32,000 nt of DNA from Acaryochloris marina S15 (lineage in GTDB: Bacteria; Cyanobacteriota; Cyanobacteriia; Thermosynechococcales; Thermosynechococcaceae): assembly GCF_018336915.1 (NCBI RefSeq), contig NZ_CP064923.1, positions 1,740,001-1,772,000 on the forward strand, read 5' to 3'. Of the stretch, positions 9,532 to 18,108 are shown one piece after another; the first letter of the stretch is position 1, and every line of letters starts with the position of its first letter. The notes beneath the pieces are model-generated. The model was not told the origin of the DNA. It did no database searches and saw only the letters and a list, made by a program, of their open reading frames with translations. A program made the position numbers and the translations under genes.

Positions 9532-9729
9532 ATGGAGACTCTTTCTGAATTAATTGGGTTCACAGGCGATTGGCTTGTGGGTGTGTCTTTTACCCTGGAT
9601 GGGGGGTATCAATGTTGGGTGATTACCCCAGAACGGCAAGCCTATACGGATGGTGAGTATTATGAAAGTCATCTGATGGCTTTGGCTGCCGGTCGTTACC
9701 TTGTTGAACATTCTTTGGAGGTGGAGTAG
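9532..9729 (+). CDS. small hypothetical protein (65 aa), first gene of the SRAP-dinB operon
   Basis: ATG 9532 is preceded by GGGAGG (9521..9526). The track's GTG 9481 start would lie inside the recA promoter. The stop is 2 nt before the SRAP ATG. Sequence [65 protein letters not shown] matches no family I recognise. Confidence 0.5.
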   Translation: METLSELIGFTGDWLVGVSFTLDGGYQCWVITPERQAYTDGEYYESHLMALAAGRYLVEHSLEVE

Positions 9730-9731
9730 TT

Positions 9732-10382
9732 ATGTGTGGTCGATTTGCCCTGACGGCAACCCCAGATGAGATCGCCACTGCTTTTGGTCTCCAAAACGTT
9801 CCCCCTTTCCCCCCTCGCTACAATATTGCTCCCAGCCAGCCCATCGCTGTGATTCGACAGTTGCAGCATCAGCCTCGTGAATTTCGGCTAATGCAATGGG
9901 GACTCATTCCCGGTTGGGCGAAGGATCCGAGTATTGGTAACAATCTCATTAATGCCCGGTGTGAAACGGCCCATGAAAAGCCCTCGTTTCGATCGGCCAT
10001 CAAATATCGTCGCTGTTTGATTCCAGCGAGCGGCTTTTATGAATGGCAAAAGGTAGATAAAAGTACCAAGCAACCCTATTACTTGCGCATGCAGCAGCCC
10101 TTTGCTTTTGCCGGACTGTGGGAATCTTGGCATGATATTGAAACCTGCATTATCCTGACGACCCAGCCCAATGAAGTGGTTGCCCCGGTTCATCAGCGGA
10201 TGCCGGTGATTATTTCACCCGATAACTATAAGGTGTGGTTAGACTTTGATATTCAAACGCCGAGTTATCTGTTTCACCTGTTCGATCCTGATTTAGTCCA
10301 AGGTCTGTCGGCTCTGCCCGTGTCCACTCTGGTCAACAGTCCGACGGTGGATCGACCTGAATGTATTGAGCCAATGCTGTAG
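9732..10382 (+). CDS. SOS response-associated peptidase (SRAP; YedK/HMCES family abasic-site processing protein)
   Basis: Begins MCGRF (catalytic Cys2 hallmark). Also YNIAPSQP, WGLIP.WAKD, INARCET...KPSFR, RCLIPASGFYEW, FAFAGLWE, RMPVI. Confidence 0.9.
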   Translation: MCGRFALTATPDEIATAFGLQNVPPFPPRYNIAPSQPIAVIRQLQHQPREFRLMQWGLIPGWAKDPSIGNNLINARCETAHEKPSFRSAIKYRRCLIPASGFYEWQKVDKSTKQPYYLRMQQPFAFAGLWESWHDIETCIILTTQPNEVVAPVHQRMPVIISPDNYKVWLDFDIQTPSYLFHLFDPDLVQGLSALPVSTLVNSPTVDRPECIEPML

Positions 10383-10398
10383 CTTCTAGCTAAAGACG

Positions 10399-11466
10399 AT
10401 GCGTAAGATCCTGCACATCGATATGGATGCCTTTTTCGCTTCTGTTGAGCAGCGAGACAATCCTCACCTGCGCGGCAAGCCTGTCGTTGTTGGCGGACGC
10501 CCGGAGCAGCGAGGTGCAGTGGCCGCTGCCAGTTATGAAGCTAGGAAATACGGTATTTTCTCCGCTACGCCGTCGCGAGTGGCTGCCACTAAATGTAAGG
10601 ATTTAATTTTTATTGCACCCCGCTTTGAGGTTTACCGCCAGGTCTCAAGCCAGATTCGCACCATCTTTCATCAATTTACAGATCTGGTGGAACCCGTCTC
10701 CCTAGATGAAGCCTATCTGGATGTGACAGAAAATAAGCCCCAAATAGACTCAGCAATGGCGATTGCCCGAGAAATTAAGCATTTGATCCATCAAGAAACC
10801 CACTTAACGGCTTCGGCTGGGATATCAGTCAATAAATTTCTAGCCAAGATGGCGTCGGGATTGGAGAAACCCAACGGCCTTGCTTTGGTGGCCCCGGACC
10901 AGGCCGAAACCTTTGTCCAGCAGCTCCCCATTGAAAAGTTTCATGGCATTGGTAAGGTGACCGCCGCTAAAATGCACCAACTGGACATTCAAACGGGAGC
11001 AGAGTTACGCCAGTGGTCCGAGCCTGCGTTGGTGCGCCAGTTTGGTAAGGTGGGCCACTATTATTACGGCATTGCCAGGGGGAAGGATGATCGCCCGGTG
11101 ATTGCTAATCGGATTCGCAAGTCCATTGGAGCGGAACGCAGTTTCTTTCCGGATATCTCTGGGCTGTCCGTTTTGATGGAAGAACTGGATGCGATCGCAA
11201 CCCTAGTACACCTACGATTAGCTGAAAATCAACGGTCTGGCTATACCCTGACTCTGAAAGTAAAGTATGCCAATTACCAACAAATCACCCGCAGTCGGAC
11301 GGTAGACAATCCCTTATATGAGGTGGATGAAATTTTAACGTTAGGCAATGAGTTGCTACGAACCCATATCGATGAACAACAGGCAGTGAGGCTATTGGGA
11401 TTGACACTCGCCAATCTTGTCGACAAAGACCGCAGTCCTAAACAGTTATCGATTGGATTTATTTAA
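10399..11466 (+). CDS. dinB: DNA polymerase IV (Y-family translesion polymerase)
   Basis: MRKILHIDMDAFFASVEQRDNPHLRGKPVVVGG, SYEARKYGI, SLDEAYLDVT, ASAGISVNKFLAKMAS, and the HhH region KFHGIGKVTAAKM. Confidence 0.93.
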   Translation: MRKILHIDMDAFFASVEQRDNPHLRGKPVVVGGRPEQRGAVAAASYEARKYGIFSATPSRVAATKCKDLIFIAPRFEVYRQVSSQIRTIFHQFTDLVEPVSLDEAYLDVTENKPQIDSAMAIAREIKHLIHQETHLTASAGISVNKFLAKMASGLEKPNGLALVAPDQAETFVQQLPIEKFHGIGKVTAAKMHQLDIQTGAELRQWSEPALVRQFGKVGHYYYGIARGKDDRPVIANRIRKSIGAERSFFPDISGLSVLMEELDAIATLVHLRLAENQRSGYTLTLKVKYANYQQITRSRTVDNPLYEVDEILTLGNELLRTHIDEQQAVRLLGLTLANLVDKDRSPKQLSIGFI

Positions 11467-11511
11467 GTCCGCTCGATGCAGTTGCCGAAAAATAAACGAA
11501 GGTGATTCTCA

Positions 11512-11895
11512 GTGTTTAACCAACCCAAATTTGAAGCCGCATTTCCATTTCAAGGGGATGTGTTGGCCTTGCCAGTGGTCGATCTTGATGCCACTGCTGA
11601 CTGGTATGCTCAAGCCTTTGACATGGTAGAGGTGGAGCGTAAGGCTCAACCCAATCCCACCGTTATTTTAGAAAGAGATGATGTGCAAATCGGTTTTGCC
11701 ATCAATGGTGGAGATGCCTCTCAAGAGGGTGCTGCAATCCGGGTTGCTAATATTCAGGGCATCAAAGCAGAGTTGGAGTCAAAGGGCGTGGAGATTGGGA
11801 ACTGGCGAGTGGATGAACGGGATGGGAAAAGATTCCAGGTGTTCTTTGTTGTGGCACCGGATGGGCTTTGCTATTGCTTCAATGAACCCATTTGA
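11512..11895 (+). CDS. VOC (glyoxalase/bleomycin-resistance fold) family protein
   Basis: 127-aa ORF with a GTG start preceded by GAAGGTG. It has the size and pattern of a single VOC module: PVVDLDATADWYAQAFDM ... FFVVAPDGLCYCFNEP. Assigned by general resemblance only. Confidence 0.65.
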   Translation: MFNQPKFEAAFPFQGDVLALPVVDLDATADWYAQAFDMVEVERKAQPNPTVILERDDVQIGFAINGGDASQEGAAIRVANIQGIKAELESKGVEIGNWRVDERDGKRFQVFFVVAPDGLCYCFNEPI

Positions 11896-12098
11896 AACGC
11901 AGATTACTTCCTGCCATAAGCCGTTGCTCCATGACAATCTTAAAATAGCGTTTCAAACCCCTGGCCTCTGAGGTCATGGGATATTTTTGTGGTGATTTTT
12001 ACGATGAACGAAGAGGCTAGAGATACCTGTCGTGGATGGGGTTTACTATTGAGTATTGAGAGTCAATGCTGACAAATCGCTACTGAGGGTTATAAGAC

Positions 12099-12761
12099 AT
12101 GGGTACAACTGCGATCGGGATTGATTCTGAGAATTTTGATTTACTGAAGATTTTACTGCGTGGTTCTGACGATTGGAATCAATGGCGTAAGAATAATCAA
12201 GGTGTTGAGATCAACCTAAAGGGGGCAAAACTAAACGGGGCAAAACTAAATTTTGTAGACCTGAGTGGTGCAAACCTCATCGAGGTAGACTTCACTGGAG
12301 CAGAACTAAACCGTGCAAACCTCACTGGGGCAAAACTCAGGCGGGCAGACCTCAGCCATGCAAAACTCAACTATGCAAGCCTCAGCAGTGCAAAACTCAA
12401 TGGGGCTAACTTCATTGGGGCAGAACTCACCGGGGCAAAACTCCTCCGAGCAAAACTGATAAAGGCAAACCTCAAAGAGGCAAAACTCAATGGGGCCTAC
12501 CTCACAGATGCAGACCTAAGTGGGGCAGATCTGAGTGGGGCAGACCTGAGTGGGGCAGACCTCATTGATGCAGACTTCATCGGGGCAGACCTAAGTGGGG
12601 CAAACCTCAGCCGTGCCTACCTCAATGGGACAGACTTCAACGGAGCAGACCTGAGTGGGGCAGACCTCAACGGAACAGACTCCGGCCTAATCAACGCCAT
12701 TAAACTACTGCAAGATAAGGCCCTGTCTGTCTTAAAAAATTTAACATCTTCGCCAAAATAG
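12099..12761 (+). CDS. pentapeptide repeat protein (cytoplasmic type, no signal peptide)
   Basis: About 30 consecutive A(D/N)LxG-type pentapeptides, for example GADLSGADLSGADLSGADLIDADFIGADLSGANLSRAYLNGTDFNGADLSGADLNG. Confidence 0.9.
   Translation: MGTTAIGIDSENFDLLKILLRGSDDWNQWRKNNQGVEINLKGAKLNGAKLNFVDLSGANLIEVDFTGAELNRANLTGAKLRRADLSHAKLNYASLSSAKLNGANFIGAELTGAKLLRAKLIKANLKEAKLNGAYLTDADLSGADLSGADLSGADLIDADFIGADLSGANLSRAYLNGTDFNGADLSGADLNGTDSGLINAIKLLQDKALSVLKNLTSSPK
12211..12671 (+). repeat. 15-bp periodic coding repeat inside the pentapeptide gene
   Basis: Tandem 15-nt units such as ggggcagacctgagt. Near-identical copies start at 12522, 12537, 12552, 12582, 12597, 12642 and 12657. This is coding periodicity, not CRISPR: there are no spacers. 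Confidence 0.8.
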
Positions 12762-13881
12762 AATTTTCAATCTTTTCGGGTTGAAATCTCTGACTCAGAT
12801 ATAGGCTCTGCTGAGTTACAAGAACTGCTAACGGAACTGTTAGCGACTAAAAGGTCTGGGTTAAGGGGTTGTAGCGAGAGGCAGAATTTGCTGGTCAACC
12901 CAGTAGAGATCTCATACCTGATTTAACATAACCGTCTTCATGGCAGCAAGAGCATCAGCAGTGGCTTCTGACCAATGCATCCCTCGGTTCTTCTGTCGTT
13001 TGGCCACAATCAAATCACAAGCTTTCTCTGCATGAGCACTACCCATATATTGTCGTTGGAGACGACGCTCATTGTAATTGACGATATAGGGTTTTCGAGC
13101 CTTGAGATAGTCAATTAATTCTTGGAGTTTGCTTTCGTTCTTGGTAAGAGGTCGGCAGGCTTCTAAAGCTTTAATAACAGGGCCTATTCGCCCTATCTAT
13201 AGAGAAGAGTTTAGCTTCCTTTTGAGTGCTTTTTTCTCTTCACGAGTCAAGCAAATCATTCTCGAAAAATCGGCACATTTTCGACGAAGATGATACCAGT
13301 CGAGGAGCAGCTCTTTGTGAGTAAACGGGCTTAGATCGGTCTCGAAATAATTGCGTAGCCACTCAGCGCCATCTCCTAAAAGTGTCACCCAGTCATCTAA
13401 TCCAGCACAGAAGAATAGCATCAGTGAAAGTTGTCTAAGCACCCGTGAGCCAGTCCCACTCAAATAACGACACCCCTTGGTCGTCGCAATCCGGGCTACC
13501 CGCATCGTCAACCACTTACTCGCCTGGGGCTGACGAACTAAGATGTCATCCGTTGCCGCGATGGTCTGTCCTGGCTGAATTTCAGGCCCCAAACATCTGA
13601 GCTTTTCGGCTGACCAGTAGGCTGCTTCATTATTGCGGGCTTGCAGAACCCGTTGCCAATCCTGATGGGTGACCCCTTCAGGCGCTTTAGGATTGGGGTT
13701 GGCTAGAGCTTGCTCCACTGCAGCCGTCAATTCGATTGGCCATGCGGCTCGATGACGAGGCGCTTTAGCATCAATGAGATTGACCTGGAACTTGCTCAAG
13801 TCACTTTGGTCCTTCCATTGCTCCACTTCCTTAGCTTCGACAGCTCGGATTATGTCGCCATGCCGTTTCACTAGTGCATCG

Positions 13882-15017
13882 TCAATATTTAATTTTAGGG
13901 TAGATAGAAGTGAGCTTACACCTGGCATCTTCAATGTTCATTTGCCAATCCACACCGCGTTGCGAGTGGTTCACATCAATCGGCCATGCTTGAACTTCAT
14001 CTTTTAGAGTTTCAATCGTCCCAAAGCGCCTCCTATCAATACACTGTCGAGTCATTGCACTCAGTTCGTTTTCGGCCACGTTCAGCCAACTGCCATGCTT
14101 AGGGGTGTAGCAAAAGTGGATGCGTTGAACGAACCGCCGGGCACGCTCAGGCTCGAACACCTCATAGAAAGCCCCTTTGGTATGGGTGTTGAGATTGTCA
14201 CAGGTGAGTATGACTTGTGGGCATTGTGCATAGCGTCCTTCCATTAAGACTGCGACTTCACTGGCCCAATCGATTTTTGTTCGCCGCTCACGAACAGTTG
14301 CTTGTCGCCACCCCGCTAAAGGTTCGCTAAACATGAAGATATTGGCGGTACCTGCACGCTCGTACTCATAATCAACCCGCTTAGGGTGTTGAGCGGTGGC
14401 TGGAATAGGGCACTTGATTTCTTTGTGGAGTTGGACAGGCTGTTCGTCCATACAAATCACCGGACAACTTGGGTCATAAGACTGAGCATACACTTCCAGC
14501 ACTTCTTCCATCTGAGCAACGAACTCTCCATCTGCTTCAGGCGGAATCACCCAGTACTCAATCTTGCGGTTGGTCATCCCGTTTTTTTCAGAGTCTGACG
14601 AACCGTTTCATGGCTGACAGATTCTACGATACCCAGTTCCACAACTTTGCGGGCCAGCAAGCGCAATGACCAATTCCCGTAGCCTTTAGGAGGGCTGCCT
14701 AATCGCATGGCAATGACTTGAGCTTCCTGCTCACCATCGAGTAACTTACTGCGAGGTGCTCTGACACGTTGGGCACCGTTAAGGGTTTTCTCAAATCCTC
14801 TCTCTACAAGACGTTTACGGATGTTCTCAACTGTTTTAACTCGACAAGAATAAGCATCTGAAATGCGTTCATCGGTCCAATTTGGCCCGTCGGCATTTGC
14901 TTTCAAAAGAATTTGAGCACGTCGTACTTTTTGGCTGCTGCCCTTGAGCTTTTTGATGACGGCTTGCAGATGGTTCTGCTCATCTTCACTCAGTCGGACA
15001 ATATATTTTTTCGGCAT
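13882..15017 (-). CDS. IS630-family transposase, two overlapping frames joined by a putative -1 frameshift
   Basis: orfA (15017..14574) is HTH-rich: MPKKYIVRLSEDEQNHL...RRAQILL. orfB (14577..13882) carries DDE-type residues: ICMDEQP, LTCDNLNTHTK, HGSWLNVAENE. The junction CTG AAA AAA ACG GGA TGA contains an A7 run (14588..14582), and orfB is in the -1 frame. The orfB stop lies 14 nt outside the inferred IS end. Confidence 0.85.
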
Positions 15018-15072
15018 AGGGATAGGTGTTTTCTCGGTCTGACTGCAATACTGCCACCATTGTTACCTACCC
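13898..15072 (-). mobile_element. IS630-family insertion sequence nested in the ISKra4-like element
   Basis: 1175 bp flanked by TA (13896..13897 and 15073..15074), the classic IS630/Tc1 target duplication. The ends are GGGTAGGTAACAATGG and GGGTAGATAGAAGTGA, an imperfect inverted repeat. Precise excision restores the host ORF frame. Confidence 0.8.
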
Positions 15073-15788
15073 TAATCTTTTAGCTTGACGCTGTACTAGG
15101 ACGCTCACTTCACTTCTAGAAATCACTTTGGGCTGTTGGGTTTGCCAGCTCAGTAACCGCTCGACGGTTCGGAAAGGTAAGTCTTGCGGGAATAAGCAGG
15201 CCCACTCTTGCAGCGTTCTAGTAATAATCGTTCCATGGTGCTCGGGTAATAGGTCGTTCCCGGGCATGAGGTGTTTGTCAGTCTGCAGATTGAAACATAC
15301 TTGCCGTTGTAAGTGCAAAATACCCAAGCGACAGGCAATCTTTTGACTGGCGTAGCCATCAAACTCCACAATATCGGAATCAAATTGAGCACAGTACTCA
15401 TCGACCTGCTGTTGGTCGAGAAGATCCCAATGAAGGCATAATAAATGACGCATCATCTGTTGACCAATCGTGATAGTCTGCTGCTCTAGAGTGTCCAGTG
15501 TACGCCCCAGAGACGACTCATCTACTTCCAAGGTAGGGATAGGAATTTGATTCAATTCGCTCATTGGGGATGAGGGAGAATCGTCTTCAACCCAACCAAT
15601 AGAAATACACAAGTGACCCATCTGATGCCCTGCCAATAAGGATTAGAATGGCTTTCATCCTTACCCTATTAGTCTATTCCCGATTCATTTGATTGACCCA
15701 GACCTTTTGGCTGCTAACCAGTTCCTTAATCATCAGCATAGTCGGCTCTCTTAAAATTTTGAGTCATGGGACGGTTTATGATGTTTTT

Positions 15789-15803
15789 ATGAGTAGTGCT
15801 CAT
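15789..15803. promoter_or_regulatory. palindromic operator candidate ATGAG-TAGTG-CTCAT upstream of the TetR gene
   Basis: Perfect 5-5-5 inverted repeat, 60 nt upstream of the TetR ATG (15863). The same half-sites recur at 18083..18097 and 18109..18123. A degenerate copy GTGAG-TAATA-TTCGT is at 15821..15835. Confidence 0.5.
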
Positions 15804-15862
15804 GTTTTGTCAAGCGTAATGTGAGTAATATTCGTATTTCTGCAATGAAGGCTAAAAAATGA

Positions 15863-16501
15863 ATGGCTAAAAAAGTAGATCCAATCCCTGGGATGCACCG
15901 CCAGCCTAAGCAAGCCCGTAGTCGAGAGCGGGTCAATAAGATTCTGGATGTTGCAGAAGAAATGTTTATTGCTGAGGGCTGTAATGCGGTAACGACGAAT
16001 GCGATCGCAGCCAAAGCCGAGGTCCCGATCGGCTCTCTCTACCAGTTTTTCCCTGACAAAGCCGCGATTGTTCAGGCTCTTGCAGCTCGCTATACAGCCC
16101 TGCACAGCCAGAAAATATTGGCGATGGGTCCTGAAATTGCATTACTTCCCTTCTCGGATGTTTTAGCGCTAGTGGTGGATACCAATGATCAATTCTTTGC
16201 GGATTATCCTGGCTATCAAGCCATCTATATGCAGATGCAGGCAACCGTACCAGAACTTGCAGCGATTGAAGAGGCGGCTGATGTTGAGATCATTGATGCA
16301 ACGGCTGATTTTTTGTCTCAGCATTTCCCTGGGTTAGACACTGATCACTATCAGGTGATCGCTATGGTCATCGTCAAAAGTATTGGCACGTTTTTGTGGT
16401 TGTCTCGAAGCCAACCCCCTGATTGTCGACAGCGTTTGCTAGATGAGACGAAACGATTAGTGCAGTCCTACGCTCTAAGCTACTGGCCTGAACAGGGATA
16501 G
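15863..16501 (+). CDS. TetR/AcrR family transcriptional regulator
   Basis: N-terminal TetR HTH: ARSRERVNKILDVAEEMFIAEGCNAVTTNAIAAKAEVPIGSLYQFFPDKAAIVQAL. It has a typical ~210-aa length with a helical C-terminal ligand domain. Confidence 0.9.
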   Translation: MAKKVDPIPGMHRQPKQARSRERVNKILDVAEEMFIAEGCNAVTTNAIAAKAEVPIGSLYQFFPDKAAIVQALAARYTALHSQKILAMGPEIALLPFSDVLALVVDTNDQFFADYPGYQAIYMQMQATVPELAAIEEAADVEIIDATADFLSQHFPGLDTDHYQVIAMVIVKSIGTFLWLSRSQPPDCRQRLLDETKRLVQSYALSYWPEQG

Positions 16502-16694
16502 GAGAATGACCTACCACAGAAAATATCGCTATAGCAGCATTAATCCTCAATTTGCCTTGTAAAGATGTGTGTCTTTTGCCAACGACATCAGAAGCCAGCG
16601 TTAGGATCAGTTCAGCATAAATCTAAAGAAAAACTTAAGTAAATGTCCAATGACCAAATTTATGCATATCTAACTCGCTTGGTATTTTATTGTG

Positions 16695-16925
16695 TTGTCT
16701 CCTGCCCTGCTCCATGACCTCTGGCAATTGATTGAAGAATTGCCGACCTATGCCCTGATCGGATGGGATGATATCCGTCTAGCATCGTGGCTGCTAGAGC
16801 ATATTGAGCATCGTTGTCGATTGAATGCAGAAGACCATAAAAGCATTGAGAAATACCTCGACTCCCATTTGCTGCTGATTCGAGAAATGGCTGAATCTGA
16901 GGAATACCATCCTCTTGCTGTATGA
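16695..16925 (+). CDS. small hypothetical protein A (76 aa), paralog of 17445..17654
   Basis: TTG 16695 gives MSPALLHDLWQLIEELP..., collinear with the MSPVLLNQVWKLVDTFP... start of ORF B. There are 22 identities over a gapless 69-position alignment. A strong terminator hairpin starts 14 nt after the stop. No SD and no known family. Confidence 0.45.
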   Translation: MSPALLHDLWQLIEELPTYALIGWDDIRLASWLLEHIEHRCRLNAEDHKSIEKYLDSHLLLIREMAESEEYHPLAV

Positions 16926-16938
16926 CGAGTGAGACTCT

Positions 16939-16985
16939 CCTTTTGGGCATTTTCTTCAATACTCTGGAGATGCCCAAAAGGTTTT
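16939..16985 (+). terminator. intrinsic terminator after small ORF A
   Basis: Perfect 12-bp stem ccttttgggcat (16939..16950) / atgcccaaaagg (16970..16981) with a 19-nt loop, followed by TTTT (16982..16985). Confidence 0.55.
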
Positions 16986-17444
16986 GTCCTTATACCCTTG
17001 AAAACGGTGGCACTTTGATCTAGCTGTTAGCTTAATCGCAATTACTTGTCTTATGGAGATGGAATGCGGTTTGTGAGATTGAATGTCTCGAACGCTGTCT
17101 ATCTTGACAACTTGTGTTGCATTTATGAGAAGAGAACGTTAATTCATCCTTCCTGATGCTATTTGGTGCAAGAAGCTGGAAAGCACTTATAGTCAGGTTT
17201 CTAGCGCAGTAGAATTTTGCAGGCTATGGTCTGTTAATCAAGAAACATTAACCTAGAACCGTTGTTTTTAGGAATAAATATGACAACTACTTCAGAGGGA
17301 TCGTGAACCGTTTAGTCTGGATAAGGAGAGTTAACTAACTTCTGGTGATGGAGTGTTCACTTCGTTACAAAGAAAACAGTCTACTTTTCCAAAAATGCCG
17401 ATTATAGTTTTCAATTCATCCTTTAATACACAAAGTTAAGAACA

Positions 17445-17654
17445 ATGTCCCCAGTTCTTCTAAATCAAGTCTGGAAGTTGGTTGACACCTTCCCCCAAGG
17501 TCAACTTTTAGGATTAACTGATCATGCTTTGGTTGATCAGTTAAGTCAGCAGTTGGCAGAACGGCAAGAGCTGACTGATGATGAATTAGACACGGTTAAA
17601 GCTTATATTCAAAGCCGTCTGACTTTGATGCGTGATATGGCTTTGGTCATCTAA
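17445..17654 (+). CDS. small hypothetical protein B (69 aa), paralog of 16695..16925
   Basis: ATG start. Shares with ORF A the pattern MSP.LL...W.L....P...L.G..D..L...L......R..L..........Y..S.L.L.R.MA. Confidence 0.45.
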   Translation: MSPVLLNQVWKLVDTFPQGQLLGLTDHALVDQLSQQLAERQELTDDELDTVKAYIQSRLTLMRDMALVI

Positions 17655-18072
17655 CCCTCTATCAAAATTGAACAGTAAAGTAACGCATAGTCTCCACTCC
17701 AGGAAATGTGTTGCTGACAAGATGGTGTTGTTTGGTCTGGGTTTGAGATAGACTGAAGTCTTCATCCTATTGCTGCCTGCTCTCTTGTTCCCTTCATCGA
17801 TTCAATTCAAGAATGGGTTGTTCTTGAACTGATATTGGCTATATCTGGGCGTTAGGCATGTTACATTGCCTTTTCGATAGGTATTGAATTGATCCATATG
17901 GGTAACTCTGAATAATCTGCCCAAGAGGATCTCTGGCAGACAGTTGTTTGAACACCATGCTGGGTTGAGGATGTCCAGCATACTGACTAGAAATATTCAC
18001 CCAATTTAGCGTCTGAGTGGGGCTGCATTTACCAGCTCCAAACATTTTCTGTGCCAATTTTTCAGCTTTATC

Positions 18073-18102
18073 TTGACAATATATGAGCAATACTCATATA
18101 TT
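18073..18102 (+). promoter_or_regulatory. near-consensus sigma-70-type promoter directed toward the GNAT gene
   Basis: TTGACA (18073..18078), an 18-nt spacer, then TATATT (18097..18102). The spacer and -10 are occupied by the 10-bp-arm palindrome AATATATGAG-CAATA-CTCATATATT (18078..18102). Confidence 0.45.
18083..18097. promoter_or_regulatory. operator candidate ATGAG-CAATA-CTCAT
   Basis: Half-sites are identical to the palindrome upstream of the TetR gene (15789..15803). It overlaps the spacer and -10 of the 18073 promoter. Confidence 0.5.
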
Positions 18103-18108
18103 TAAAAA

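Larger units (their letters stand above)
12912..15636 (-). pseudogene. ISKra4-like transposase, inactivated by an IS630 insertion and an in-frame TAG
   Basis: Three pieces: 15636..15067 (N-terminal), 13895..13197 (middle, with LGDGAEWLRNYF...LLLDWYHLRRK) and 13196..12915 (C-terminal, IGRIGPV...GSAHAEKACDLIVAKRQKNRGMHWSEATADALAAMKTVMLNQV, stop 12914..12912). The last two are in the same frame, separated only by TAG 13199..13197. Removing 13898..15072 plus one TA restores ...QRQAKRLKLNIDDALVKRHG... in frame. Confidence 0.7.
12833..15725 (-). mobile_element. ISKra4-like insertion sequence (family assignment tentative), disrupted
   Basis: Terminal inverted repeats: ggaactgttagcgactaaaaggtctgggttaa (12833..12864) against the reverse complement of 15693..15725 (ggaactggttagcagccaaaaggtctgggtcaa). 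About 28 of 33 positions match, with one indel. The element encloses a three-piece transposase reading frame. Native length without the nested IS630 is about 1.7 kb. I saw no clear target duplication. Confidence 0.7.

Noticed and set aside
9423-9563. N-terminal 47-codon extension of the recA ORF (track start at 9563)
   Set aside because: The extension has no RecA similarity, would run through the promoter and LexA-like box, and overlaps the divergent small ORF. Canonical RecA begins at [14 protein letters not shown] (9422).
11417-11971. ORFs 11417..11629 and 11678..11971
   Set aside because: They are alternative frames overlapping the dinB 3' end and the VOC gene. The VOC frame has the better start context and domain-like sequence.
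12211-12671. Regular short tandem repeats that could superficially suggest a CRISPR array
   Set aside because: The period is 15 bp with no unique spacers, it lies entirely within an ORF, and it translates to pentapeptide repeats.
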